Shown in pieces: positions 17,251-25,422 of a stretch of DNA of 25,814 bases (position 1 is its first letter; every line of letters starts with the position of its first letter). Both the position numbers and the translations under genes were made by a program. The notes beneath the pieces are model-generated. The model did not search any database, was not told the origin of the DNA, and saw only the letters and a program-made list of their open reading frames with translations. This stretch comes from Chloroflexota bacterium (GTDB lineage Bacteria > Chloroflexota > Limnocylindria > Limnocylindrales > CSP1-4): positions 1-25,814 of the forward strand of contig JBDTQY010000055.1 in NCBI GenBank assembly GCA_039931955.1. Reading direction: 5' to 3'.

Positions 17251-18549
17251 ATGCCCACCTCGAACCGGAGGAAGTCCGAGCACATGACCACCGAACCCGC
17301 CACGGTCGAGATCAATCCATGGACAGTGGCGAAAGAGCAATTCGATCTGGCTGCCGAGCGACTCGGCCTTGACCCCGGCATGCGCGCCATCCTGCGCGAG
17401 CCGCGCCGGGAGCTGACCGTCAACTTCCCCGTCCACATGGATGATGGATCCGTCCGGGTGTTCACCGGGTACCGTGTTCAGCACAACCTCGGTCGAGGAC
17501 CCGCCAAGGGTGGGATCCGCTACCACCAGAACGTGTCCCGTGACGAGGTCAAGGCCCTCGCCATGTGGATGACCTGGAAGTGCGCGGTCGTCGGCATTCC
17601 GTATGGCGGCGGCAAGGGCGGCGTCATCGTCGACCCCAAGAAGCTGTCGTTGCGTGAGTTGGAGGCGTTGACGCGCCGCTTCTTCACCGAGATCGAGATT
17701 TTGGTCGGGCCGGAGAAGGATATTCCCGCCCCGGACGTCAACACCAATGCCCAGGTCATGGCCTGGATGATGGACACCTACTCCATGCACGCCGGCTACA
17801 CCGTGCCGGGCGTCGTCACCGGCAAGCCCATCAGCCTCGGTGGCTCCGAGGGTCGCAATGAAGCGACCGCGCGGGGAACGGTCTACTGCATCGTCGAGGC
17901 GGCACGGCACCTCGGACTTGAGCTCAAGAAGGCTCGCGTCTCCGTTCAGGGCTTCGGCAACGCCGGCTCGATCGCGGCGACACTCATCGGCGACGAGGGC
18001 GCCACGGTGGTCGCGGTCTCCGACTCGACCGGCGGGATCCACAACCCCTCGGGCCTCAACATTCCGGGGGTCATTGCCTGGAAGAAGGAGCACGGGACCG
18101 TCCAGGGCTTCCCTGGCGCAATCGACGTCTCGAGCGCGGATGTCCTGACGGTCGACTGCGACATCCTCATTCCGGCGGCGCTCGAGAACCAGATCACGAA
18201 GGAAGTGGCGCCCCACGTCAAGGCGCGTCTGATCGCCGAGGCCGCCAATGGCCCGACCACGCCGGAGGCCGACAAGATCCTCTGGAAGAACTCCAAGTTC
18301 ATGATCCCGGACATTCTGTGCAACGCCGGTGGTGTCACGGTCTCCTACTTCGAGTGGGTCCAGGACCTCAACCGCGACCACTGGAGCGAGCAGGTCGTCA
18401 ACGAGAAGCTCAAGGAGATCATGGTCAAGGCCTTCGTCTCGGTCCTGGCCATTGCGCGACGCGAGCAGTGCGACATGCGAACGGCCGCCTATCTCCTCGC
18501 GGTCGAGCGAGTGGCGGACGCGATGTCCCTCCGCGGCCTGTACCCGTGA
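17251..18549 (+). CDS. gdh: Glu/Leu/Phe/Val dehydrogenase, most likely glutamate dehydrogenase
   Basis: GPAKGGIRYH, GGGKGG, DIPAPDVNT, GGSEGRNEATARG, QGFGNAG, EAANGPTT and NAGGVTVSYFEW motifs. Start 17251 or 17284. Confidence 0.95.
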   Translation: MPTSNRRKSEHMTTEPATVEINPWTVAKEQFDLAAERLGLDPGMRAILREPRRELTVNFPVHMDDGSVRVFTGYRVQHNLGRGPAKGGIRYHQNVSRDEVKALAMWMTWKCAVVGIPYGGGKGGVIVDPKKLSLRELEALTRRFFTEIEILVGPEKDIPAPDVNTNAQVMAWMMDTYSMHAGYTVPGVVTGKPISLGGSEGRNEATARGTVYCIVEAARHLGLELKKARVSVQGFGNAGSIAATLIGDEGATVVAVSDSTGGIHNPSGLNIPGVIAWKKEHGTVQGFPGAIDVSSADVLTVDCDILIPAALENQITKEVAPHVKARLIAEAANGPTTPEADKILWKNSKFMIPDILCNAGGVTVSYFEWVQDLNRDHWSEQVVNEKLKEIMVKAFVSVLAIARREQCDMRTAAYLLAVERVADAMSLRGLYP

Positions 18550-18683
18550 TCGGAACCACGAACTAGTCCAGCAGGGCCCCGGCCATCGGTCGGAGCCCTC
18601 TGATTCCCTGTGCCGCCAGCAGCCCCGAAGTCGGACTCGCGGCCCCGGATGAGGAACCACCTTGGTTCGATGGAATCGAGTGC

Positions 18684-18689
18684 TACCAT
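18684..18689 (+). promoter_or_regulatory. Putative -10 TACCAT (leaderless start at 18697)
   Basis: TACCAT-cccgcac-ATG, 7 nt spacing. Confidence 0.55.
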
Positions 18690-18696
18690 CCCGCAC

Positions 18697-19302
18697 ATGC
18701 TCGACCATGAAGAGAAGTTCCTGTTCAAGGAGGAGATCAGTCACCTCGCCAACGCGGTGGCTGAGCCTGGCACCCTCGACAACGTCGAGGACCTCCTCAC
18801 GGATGTGATCACCAGTCCGCGCTTCGACTCCGAAGTGTTCACCCTGGAGCGGAGCCTCCAGGTCATGCTCGGGGCTCGCGCCGGCACGACCCTCGTCGGG
18901 TTGCTGACGGTGGCGCCAGAGGTCTTCGACGAAGTCGCCGAGGTTCGCATTCCACCCGAAGTGCACGAGCGACTTGTTGCCTGGCGGGCTCGCTTCGGCC
19001 TGGCCATCGATAACGCCCTGAACTTTCTCAACAACCCGGACGGGATCCAGGGCCACAATTTTGCAACCCAGATCGCGCATGTCGAGGAGCGCCGGGTTCT
19101 CCAGGGACGGTTGACGCTGATCCGGTACAACAACGAGCCGCAGTTCTTCGTGGCCGACGCCGTGGTCTTCCTGAGCCTCGTCGCCGACGTCATGGACCGC
19201 CTGGGTCCGTACCTCGAACCCGACGCCGTCGACGCCGACACCATCTCCCGGCTCCGGGACGGCGTTCAGCTCATCGAGCGCAAGACCGCGGCTCGCTCCT
19301 AG
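18697..19302 (+). CDS. Hypothetical soluble protein, 201 aa
   Basis: Open frame with strong G/C third-position bias and globular composition; start chosen from the -10 spacing; no family recognised. Confidence 0.82.
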   Translation: MLDHEEKFLFKEEISHLANAVAEPGTLDNVEDLLTDVITSPRFDSEVFTLERSLQVMLGARAGTTLVGLLTVAPEVFDEVAEVRIPPEVHERLVAWRARFGLAIDNALNFLNNPDGIQGHNFATQIAHVEERRVLQGRLTLIRYNNEPQFFVADAVVFLSLVADVMDRLGPYLEPDAVDADTISRLRDGVQLIERKTAARS

Positions 19303-19339
19303 CGCAGGTGCGATGGGACGCCGGGCCACAGGTCTCCTG

Positions 19340-20500
19340 ATGGTCCGCCAGCTGTACCTCGCGGCCACCGGTCAGAACCGGGGGAAGACCACGACCTCCC
19401 TGGGCTTGCTCGACGGTTTCATCACCCGCGGTCTGCACGCAGGCTTCATGAAGCCGGTCGGCCAGCGCACCATCATCGATCACGGAGAACCGGCCGACGA
19501 GGACGCGGTCCTCATGCACGAGACCTATGGTTTGCCGGAGCCGTACAGCGTCATGAGCCCGGTTCACATTCCGCGTGGCTTCACCAAATCGTACATCGCG
19601 GGCCAGGTCGTTGACGACCTTGGAGCGCGGATCGCGGAGGCCGCGGCGAGCTATGCGGACCACGACATCCTCCTGGTCGAAGGAACCGGCCACGCCGGCG
19701 TGGGAGCGGTCATCGGGCTGTCAAATGCCGCGGTGGCGGCCCTCTTGGGGGCGCCGGCCATCATCGTCAGCGAGGGTGGCGTCGGGCGCCCGATCGACGA
19801 GATCGTCCTCAACGCGGCGCTCTTCAGGGCGCACGGGGTGAAGGTGGCGGGGGCCATCGTCAACAAGGTGGATATCGACGCTCAGCCCGGGATTGACAAG
19901 GTCATTGCGCGCGGCCTTGAGCCGTATGGGATCCCCCTCCTCGGCGTCCTTCCCATCCGGCCGATCCTGTCCAATCCGACCCTCGAGATGATCCTCGACG
20001 GCGTGCCGGGTGAATTGATCCACGAGGGGCCGGACCTGGACCGAGTCATCGACGGCGTGGCGGTCGGGGCCATGGAGCCACGACACATGCTGGAGCGCGT
20101 CGGCCCGGGGACCCTGGTGATCGTTCCTGGTGACCGCGAGGACGTCATCCTCACCCTGACGACGGCACACCAACTCGGCCTGTCAGGCGAGCCTGCCCCC
20201 GACGATCGCGATCCGCAGTCCGCGCCGACCATTCTCGACGATCACGACGGAGCGGCCATCGGTCTCGTCCTGACCGGCGGTTATCGACCGCGGCCGGCGG
20301 TGATCGACGCCATCCGGCGGGCCGACCTCTTTGCCACCCTCGTCGTCGAGGACACCTACGCCGTCACGTCGCAGGTGCACGATCTGCTGGTCAAGACGCA
20401 CCCGGCCGATGTCGTGAAGATCGACCTGATCAAGGACCTGGTGGCCGCCTATCTCGACGTCGATCGCATTCTCGAGGTCGCTACCACGAAGGCTCGCTAG
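19340..20500 (+). CDS. Phosphotransacetylase-family N-terminal protein (BioD-like P-loop + DRTGG), no PTA catalytic domain
   Basis: TGQNRGKTT P-loop, FMKPVG, LVEGTGH, GGVGRPIDE, IVPGDREDV and LVLTGG motifs; the ORF ends where the PTA catalytic domain would begin. Confidence 0.88.
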   Translation: MVRQLYLAATGQNRGKTTTSLGLLDGFITRGLHAGFMKPVGQRTIIDHGEPADEDAVLMHETYGLPEPYSVMSPVHIPRGFTKSYIAGQVVDDLGARIAEAAASYADHDILLVEGTGHAGVGAVIGLSNAAVAALLGAPAIIVSEGGVGRPIDEIVLNAALFRAHGVKVAGAIVNKVDIDAQPGIDKVIARGLEPYGIPLLGVLPIRPILSNPTLEMILDGVPGELIHEGPDLDRVIDGVAVGAMEPRHMLERVGPGTLVIVPGDREDVILTLTTAHQLGLSGEPAPDDRDPQSAPTILDDHDGAAIGLVLTGGYRPRPAVIDAIRRADLFATLVVEDTYAVTSQVHDLLVKTHPADVVKIDLIKDLVAAYLDVDRILEVATTKAR

Positions 20501-20536
20501 CTCCCCACGAGTTTGGCTTGCAGCGAGGCGACGGCG

Positions 20537-21373
20537 TCAGTCGAGGACTTCGTTATCGATGAGGCGCGTGCTTCCGATCCGGACCGCGAGCGACAGGACC
20601 GCGGGACCCGAGACCACCGAGAGCTCACGGAGCGTCTCCGCGTCGGCGCACGAGACGTAGTCCACGGCGGCCAGCGGCTCACTTGCCAGCTCGGCTGTCA
20701 TCTCACCCCGGAGCACGTCGGCCGACCGCTCTCCGGCAACCCAGGCGCGCCTCGCGCGCTCCAGGGCGCGATGGAGCACCGCCGCCGCGGTCCGCTCTCG
20801 GGGGCTCAGGTGAACGTTCCTGGATGACATCGCCAGACCGTCCGGCTCCCGAACCGTGGGGCAGGCGATGACTTCCGTCGGCAGAGCGAGGTCGAGGGCC
20901 ATCCGACGGATGACCGCTACCTGCTGAGCGTCCTTCTGGCCGAAGTAGGCTCGCTCGGCTCGGACCAGCCCGAACAGGACGGAGACCACCGTCGCCACGC
21001 CATCGAAGTGCCCAGGTCTGGCCGCGCCCTCCAGCGGGCGGGCGATCGCCCCGACGGAGACGACGGTGTCAAACCCCGGGGCATAGATCTCAGTGACCGA
21101 GGGCGCGAAGACGAGGTCGACACCTTCTGCCTGGCACATCGCGACGTCCCGATCCTCGTTCCTCGGGTATTGCCCGAGATCAGATGGGTCCTCGAACTGC
21201 CGCGGGTTCACGAAGATGCTCACCACGGTGGTGGCGTTTTCCATCCGCCCGCGCGCGATGAGGGTTCGATGGCCCTCGTGCAGCCAGCCCATGGTCGGGA
21301 TCAGACCGATGGGATGAGGGCTGGCTTCGAGTGCCGTCCGAAGGGCGGCTCGTGTCCGGACGACCCGGGTCAA
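20537..21373 (-). CDS. panC: Pantoate--beta-alanine ligase
   Basis: PTMGWLHEGH, SIFVNPRQF, RPGHFDGV, FGQKDAQQ, REPDGLAMSSRN and RLIDN motifs; TTG start 7 nt after the panB stop. Confidence 0.95.
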   Translation of the reverse strand: MTRVVRTRAALRTALEASPHPIGLIPTMGWLHEGHRTLIARGRMENATTVVSIFVNPRQFEDPSDLGQYPRNEDRDVAMCQAEGVDLVFAPSVTEIYAPGFDTVVSVGAIARPLEGAARPGHFDGVATVVSVLFGLVRAERAYFGQKDAQQVAVIRRMALDLALPTEVIACPTVREPDGLAMSSRNVHLSPRERTAAAVLHRALERARRAWVAGERSADVLRGEMTAELASEPLAAVDYVSCADAETLRELSVVSGPAVLSLAVRIGSTRLIDNEVLD

Positions 21374-21380
21374 CGTGGGC

Positions 21381-22304
21381 TCAGAGGTCGCGGTCGAGCG
21401 GGATCCCCGCTGCGAAGTCGGCGAGCCCGCCACGGGCCCGGTCGTCGCTCGTCCGGCCGAGGGCTTCGTCCAGGGTGGCGTCGTCCATCCGGATTGTCTC
21501 GGCCGGACCCGGGAACGAGCCGGCCACGACATCCGCCGCCCAGGCCTGGGCGGCGGCACGGATGGTGCCATCGAGATCGGCGTAGGGGCGTGCGTGTCGT
21601 GGCGTGAACGTGCCGATGCCGAGGAGGTCGGTGATGACCTGGACCTGGCCACTGCAGCCCGCTCCTGCCCCGATCCCGATGGTCGGGATCCGCAGTCGTG
21701 AGGTGATGAGCGCCGCGAGTTGCTCCGGGACCAGCTCCAGGACGATGGAAAAGGCGCCCGCCTCCTGGATGGCTGCGGCGTCCGCGAGGAGCGCGCGAGC
21801 GGTCTCCCGGCTCTTGCCCTGGACGCGCACCTTGCCACCGAGGCCGTGCTGGGATTGCGGCGTCCAGCCGATATGCCCCATGACCGGGATGCCGGCCCTG
21901 ACAAGGGCCTCCACGACCCGGGTGCTGCGCACGCCGCCCTCGACCTTGACGGCGGTTGCACCACTCTCGCGGAGGAAGCGGCCGGCGTTCTCAAGTGCCT
22001 CGTCCACGGATGCATACGACAGGAACGGCATGTCGCCGATGATGAGCGCCCGACTCGTGCCGCGGACAACGGCTGCCGTGTGATGCAGCATCTCGGCCAT
22101 CGTCACGCGGACCGTCGAGTCGTAGCCGAGTAGCACCTGGCCGAGCGAGTCCCCCACGAGGAGCATGGGGATGCCGGCCTCGTCCAGGATTCGGGCCGTC
22201 GGGTAGTCGTAGGCCGTCAGCATCGGTAGCCGTTCGCCATCGGCATGCATCCGGAGGATGTCCGTGACTGTCAGCCGGCGAACTGGATTACTCGTTGCGC
22301 TCAT
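21381..22304 (-). CDS. panB: 3-methyl-2-oxobutanoate hydroxymethyltransferase
   Basis: MLTAYDY, LLVGDSLG, GDMPFLSY, AVKVEGG, MGHIGWTPQ and IGIGAG motifs. Confidence 0.96.
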   Translation of the reverse strand: MSATSNPVRRLTVTDILRMHADGERLPMLTAYDYPTARILDEAGIPMLLVGDSLGQVLLGYDSTVRVTMAEMLHHTAAVVRGTSRALIIGDMPFLSYASVDEALENAGRFLRESGATAVKVEGGVRSTRVVEALVRAGIPVMGHIGWTPQSQHGLGGKVRVQGKSRETARALLADAAAIQEAGAFSIVLELVPEQLAALITSRLRIPTIGIGAGAGCSGQVQVITDLLGIGTFTPRHARPYADLDGTIRAAAQAWAADVVAGSFPGPAETIRMDDATLDEALGRTSDDRARGGLADFAAGIPLDRDL

Positions 22305-23698
22305 CGTGCCTGCTCCTGCATGGCTGCAGTCTGCCCCGCCGTATCGCGATCGTCCAATGCCCGCGCAATGCGATCCAGGATCCGATCGGCAACGACGCGT
22401 TTCGGCAGGTTTGGGAGATCGGTCTTCGTGCCGGCCGCATCGAGCATCACCACGCGATTGGTATCGGTCCCAAATCCCGAGCCCGCTTCAGTAACGTCAT
22501 TGGCCACGAGCAGATCGACCCCCTTGCGACGCAGCTTGTCCGGAGCCCGGTCCAGGGCACCGGCTTCCGCCGCAAAGCCGACCAGAAACGGGCGAGGCGC
22601 CGCGGGCTGGCGGCTCGGCTCGCCGGCACTGTCGAGCCCGCGCGCGATCCGCGCGACCTCGGCGAGGAGGTCCGGCGTCGGCTCCAGGTGCAGGGTGAGG
22701 CCGTCGCCCCGTGCGAGCTTTGTCGCTGATCGCGATGCTGGCGTGAAGTCCGCGACGGCCGCAGCCATCACCAGCGCGTCGAAGCGCGCAGTGGTCGGGG
22801 CGGCCGGACCGCCGAAGAGCGCCCCGAGCAGAGCTCCCCGCAGGTCGCCCGTGGTCTCGACGCGGATGACCCGGGCCCGGTCCTCCGGCAACGGGACGCT
22901 GACATCGGCGGCGATGAGCGTGACCGACGCACCTCGATCCAGCGCCGCCTCGGCCACGGCAACACCCATCTTGCCGCTGGAACGATTACCGATGAAACGG
23001 ACCGGGTCGATGGGCTCTCGAGTTCCGCCGGTGGTCACGACAATGTGTCGCCCGGTGAGATCGGCGTCATGGGGCCTATCGAGAGCCAGGGGTGGGCGTG
23101 CACCGGGATCCGGCTGCCGGATCGGATGGTCGGTGACGGCGTGCACGATGGCGTCGACGATCTTCCCGAGATCGGCGAGGCGGCCCACGCCTGATATACC
23201 GGATGCCAGTGCCCCGGTTTCCGGGTCAACGACGGCGTAGCCAAAGTCATCCCGCAGGCGGCGGACGTTGGCCCTCGTCGCCGGATGCGTCCACATGTCT
23301 CCGTCCATGGCCGGGGCGACCACGACCGGAGCCGAGCTGGCCAGGCACGCGGCGGTGACGACGTCACCTGCGAGTCCGTTGGCCATGGCGCCCAGCCAAT
23401 GTGCCGTGGCTGGCGCCACCACGATGGCGTCGGCGCTGTCGGCGATCACGATGTGCCCGATCCTGCCATCGGGGCGCAGTTCCAGGAGGTCGGTCTCGAC
23501 CGGGTGCCTCGACAGGGCGGCAAAACTGAGCGGCCCCACGAATCGCGTCGCGCTAGGCGACAGCAGCACCACGACATCGGCGCCCTCGGCCGTCAGGAGA
23601 CGGAGGAGCGCAACCGCCTTGTAGGCGGCGATGGAGCCCGTGACGCCGAGCGCGATCAATCGCCCCGTCAGTCGTGGACCGGATCCCGATTCCGGCAT
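22301..23698 (-). CDS. coaBC: Bifunctional phosphopantothenoylcysteine decarboxylase/ligase CoaBC
   Basis: LGVTGSIAAYKA, VVAPAT, APAMDGDMW, GGTREPIDPVRFIGNRSSGKMG, AAVADF, VGFAAE and LVANDV motifs; ATGA overlap with panB. Confidence 0.96.
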   Translation of the reverse strand: MPESGSGPRLTGRLIALGVTGSIAAYKAVALLRLLTAEGADVVVLLSPSATRFVGPLSFAALSRHPVETDLLELRPDGRIGHIVIADSADAIVVAPATAHWLGAMANGLAGDVVTAACLASSAPVVVAPAMDGDMWTHPATRANVRRLRDDFGYAVVDPETGALASGISGVGRLADLGKIVDAIVHAVTDHPIRQPDPGARPPLALDRPHDADLTGRHIVVTTGGTREPIDPVRFIGNRSSGKMGVAVAEAALDRGASVTLIAADVSVPLPEDRARVIRVETTGDLRGALLGALFGGPAAPTTARFDALVMAAAVADFTPASRSATKLARGDGLTLHLEPTPDLLAEVARIARGLDSAGEPSRQPAAPRPFLVGFAAEAGALDRAPDKLRRKGVDLLVANDVTEAGSGFGTDTNRVVMLDAAGTKTDLPNLPKRVVADRILDRIARALDDRDTAGQTAAMQEQAR

Positions 23699-23703
23699 CT
23701 GGT

Positions 23704-24555
23704 TCAGCCTGGCCCGCCGGCGAACTGGTGGCGCCGCGCAGGATCGTCCTCGCCCTGCACGAACGGGACACCGCCGCCCACCTCGGCATGGAGGACGGCC
23801 AGGCCCTTGAGCGTCAGGGCGGGGTCGATGACGTCGTAGCCGATCACGCCATCCGCCCAGCGCGCGGCGCTGAGCCCACCGGTCATGACGACGCGCACGG
23901 AACTCGGGTCAACGCCGGCGACGGCCGCCAGCTCATGCCGGACGCGATCGATCAGGCCGGAGGCCAACGCCTGGTACCCGATCACCGTCCCGGCCTGGAT
24001 CGCTGAGATCGTGTCGCGCCCGATCACGTGGTCCGGGACGTGCAGGGCCACCCGAGGCAGCCTCGCCGTACGGGCCGCCAGCGCCTCCAGTCCAAGATCC
24101 AGACCGGGGGCGATGGCCCCCCCGAGAAAACCGCCCTCGGCATCGACCGCATCGACGGTCGTGGCCGTTCCGAAATCGGCCACCACCGACGGCGCACCGT
24201 AGATCCGGGCCACTGCCAATGCGTTGACGAGCCGATCCGGACCGACTTCGTCCGGGCGATCGACATGAATAGCGATCGGGATCGTGCCCACGTCGGCAAC
24301 GAGGACGGGCAGCCCACGGCGACTCGCAATCTGCTCGATGGCGCTGGTGAGCGAGGGGACGACCGACACCAGCGCGATCGCGGTGACGTCTCCGACGGAT
24401 AGCCCGTCCAGGCCCAGGCGTTCGCCGACCAGGCCCTCCAGCTCGTCCGCGGTCGCCCCCGGAGCGGTCACCGCACGGCGGCTGCCGAGGAGCCTTCCGT
24501 CACGGAACCAGCCGAGGGTGATGTTCGTGTTGCCGATATCGAGGACAAGGAGCAT
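23704..24555 (-). CDS. coaX: Type III pantothenate kinase
   Basis: LVLDIGNTN, VGPDRLVN, VADFGTATT, GGAIAPG, LPRV and TGG motifs; ATG 24555. Confidence 0.95.
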   Translation of the reverse strand: MLLVLDIGNTNITLGWFRDGRLLGSRRAVTAPGATADELEGLVGERLGLDGLSVGDVTAIALVSVVPSLTSAIEQIASRRGLPVLVADVGTIPIAIHVDRPDEVGPDRLVNALAVARIYGAPSVVADFGTATTVDAVDAEGGFLGGAIAPGLDLGLEALAARTARLPRVALHVPDHVIGRDTISAIQAGTVIGYQALASGLIDRVRHELAAVAGVDPSSVRVVMTGGLSAARWADGVIGYDVIDPALTLKGLAVLHAEVGGGVPFVQGEDDPARRHQFAGGPG

Positions 24556-24562
24556 GGCCCGG

Positions 24563-24568
24563 ATGATA
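24563..24568 (-). promoter_or_regulatory. Putative -10 TATCAT of the coaX-coaBC-panB-panC operon (leaderless)
   Basis: Minus strand TATCAT-ccgggcc-ATG, 7 nt spacing. Confidence 0.6.
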
Positions 24569-24708
24569 CGCGCGCCTCGCCACACCGCTGCCCGCCGGCC
24601 GCGGTGGACATCCGCTCGGCGGCGGGTTTCTGGCTGGTCCGGCGGTTGGTGGTGCGGTACCATCGGACCCGTTCCGTCTGTCCCGTGCCCGCCCGGAGGT
24701 GCCCTTCC

Positions 24709-25140
24709 GTGAACCTGGAGCCACCGGCGAAGTTCTTCGTCAACGACGGCGTGGTCTCGACGCGCGAGGACATGCTCAACCTCCTCCGCCCGCTCCTGAA
24801 GCAGACCGTCTCCTACCGCTACCTGCGCGGTCGTGACCTCGTCGCGCATGGGACGGGCTGGGTCGAGCGGATCGTGGTGGATCAGCCCGAGGTCTCCACC
24901 TTCTTCACGCCGATCGCTGTCACGCTCAACGTGGATTCGTTCGAGCACCTCGAGTTTCAGACGCGCCCCGACCAACTCCTGGTCTACACGCTCGTCCAGG
25001 GCGACGAGCGCGTGATCGTTGAGTTCGCCCCGACCGGTGATGGAGCCGAGCGCTCGCCATTTGCCCCGCGACAGCTCGCCTTCGATACATCCGGATTCGT
25101 TCAGATGGAACTCCTCGGGCTGGAGTCCGCGGAGGACTGA
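24709..25140 (+). CDS. Hypothetical protein, 143 aa, beta-rich with an acidic tail
   Basis: GGAGGT SD before GTG 24709; candidate -10 TACCAT at 24658-24663; strong third-position bias. Confidence 0.82.
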   Translation: MNLEPPAKFFVNDGVVSTREDMLNLLRPLLKQTVSYRYLRGRDLVAHGTGWVERIVVDQPEVSTFFTPIAVTLNVDSFEHLEFQTRPDQLLVYTLVQGDERVIVEFAPTGDGAERSPFAPRQLAFDTSGFVQMELLGLESAED

Positions 25141-25213
25141 CCGCCGCTACGTCGCGGCTCGAGCACCGCACCCACACCTGCAGATTCGCGTCCTCGGCGG
25201 CATGGCGGCGCGC

Positions 25214-25219
25214 TACCAT
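25214..25219 (+). promoter_or_regulatory. Putative -10 TACCAT of the NCS2 permease, implying a leader of about 195 nt
   Basis: Same hexamer type as at other starts in this window. Confidence 0.45.
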
Positions 25220-25422
25220 CGCTCCACTGCTCCCGACGCGGGCGTCCCATGTCCGGCAGGTACCGCTCCCGCCGGTCCGCGGCGGAGATCGAGGTGGCCT
25301 TGAGGGAAGGCCACGCTGCCCGCCTGACGCCCCTGAGAGGTGCGGCCTGGGCCGAGAGGCCGAGGGGCGTCGACCGAGCCTCCTGGCTGGTCCGCCGGAA
25401 GGGAAGGGAGGGAACTCGGCGC

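Noticed and set aside
17233-19368. 711-aa minus-strand ORF
   Set aside because: Antisense shadow of gdh and the downstream gene; stop-free antisense frames opposite gdh are a well-known artefact.
20537-22069. 510-aa ORF suggesting an extended or fused PanC
   Set aside because: The first 232 codons overlap panB in another frame and are low-complexity; PanC homology begins at TTG 21373.
25220-25330. Canonical purine, ykkC-type, ZTP or TPP riboswitch
   Set aside because: Only isolated fragments (GACCGAGC, CTGAGA, CCTGGGC) match; the required flanking conserved segments are absent.
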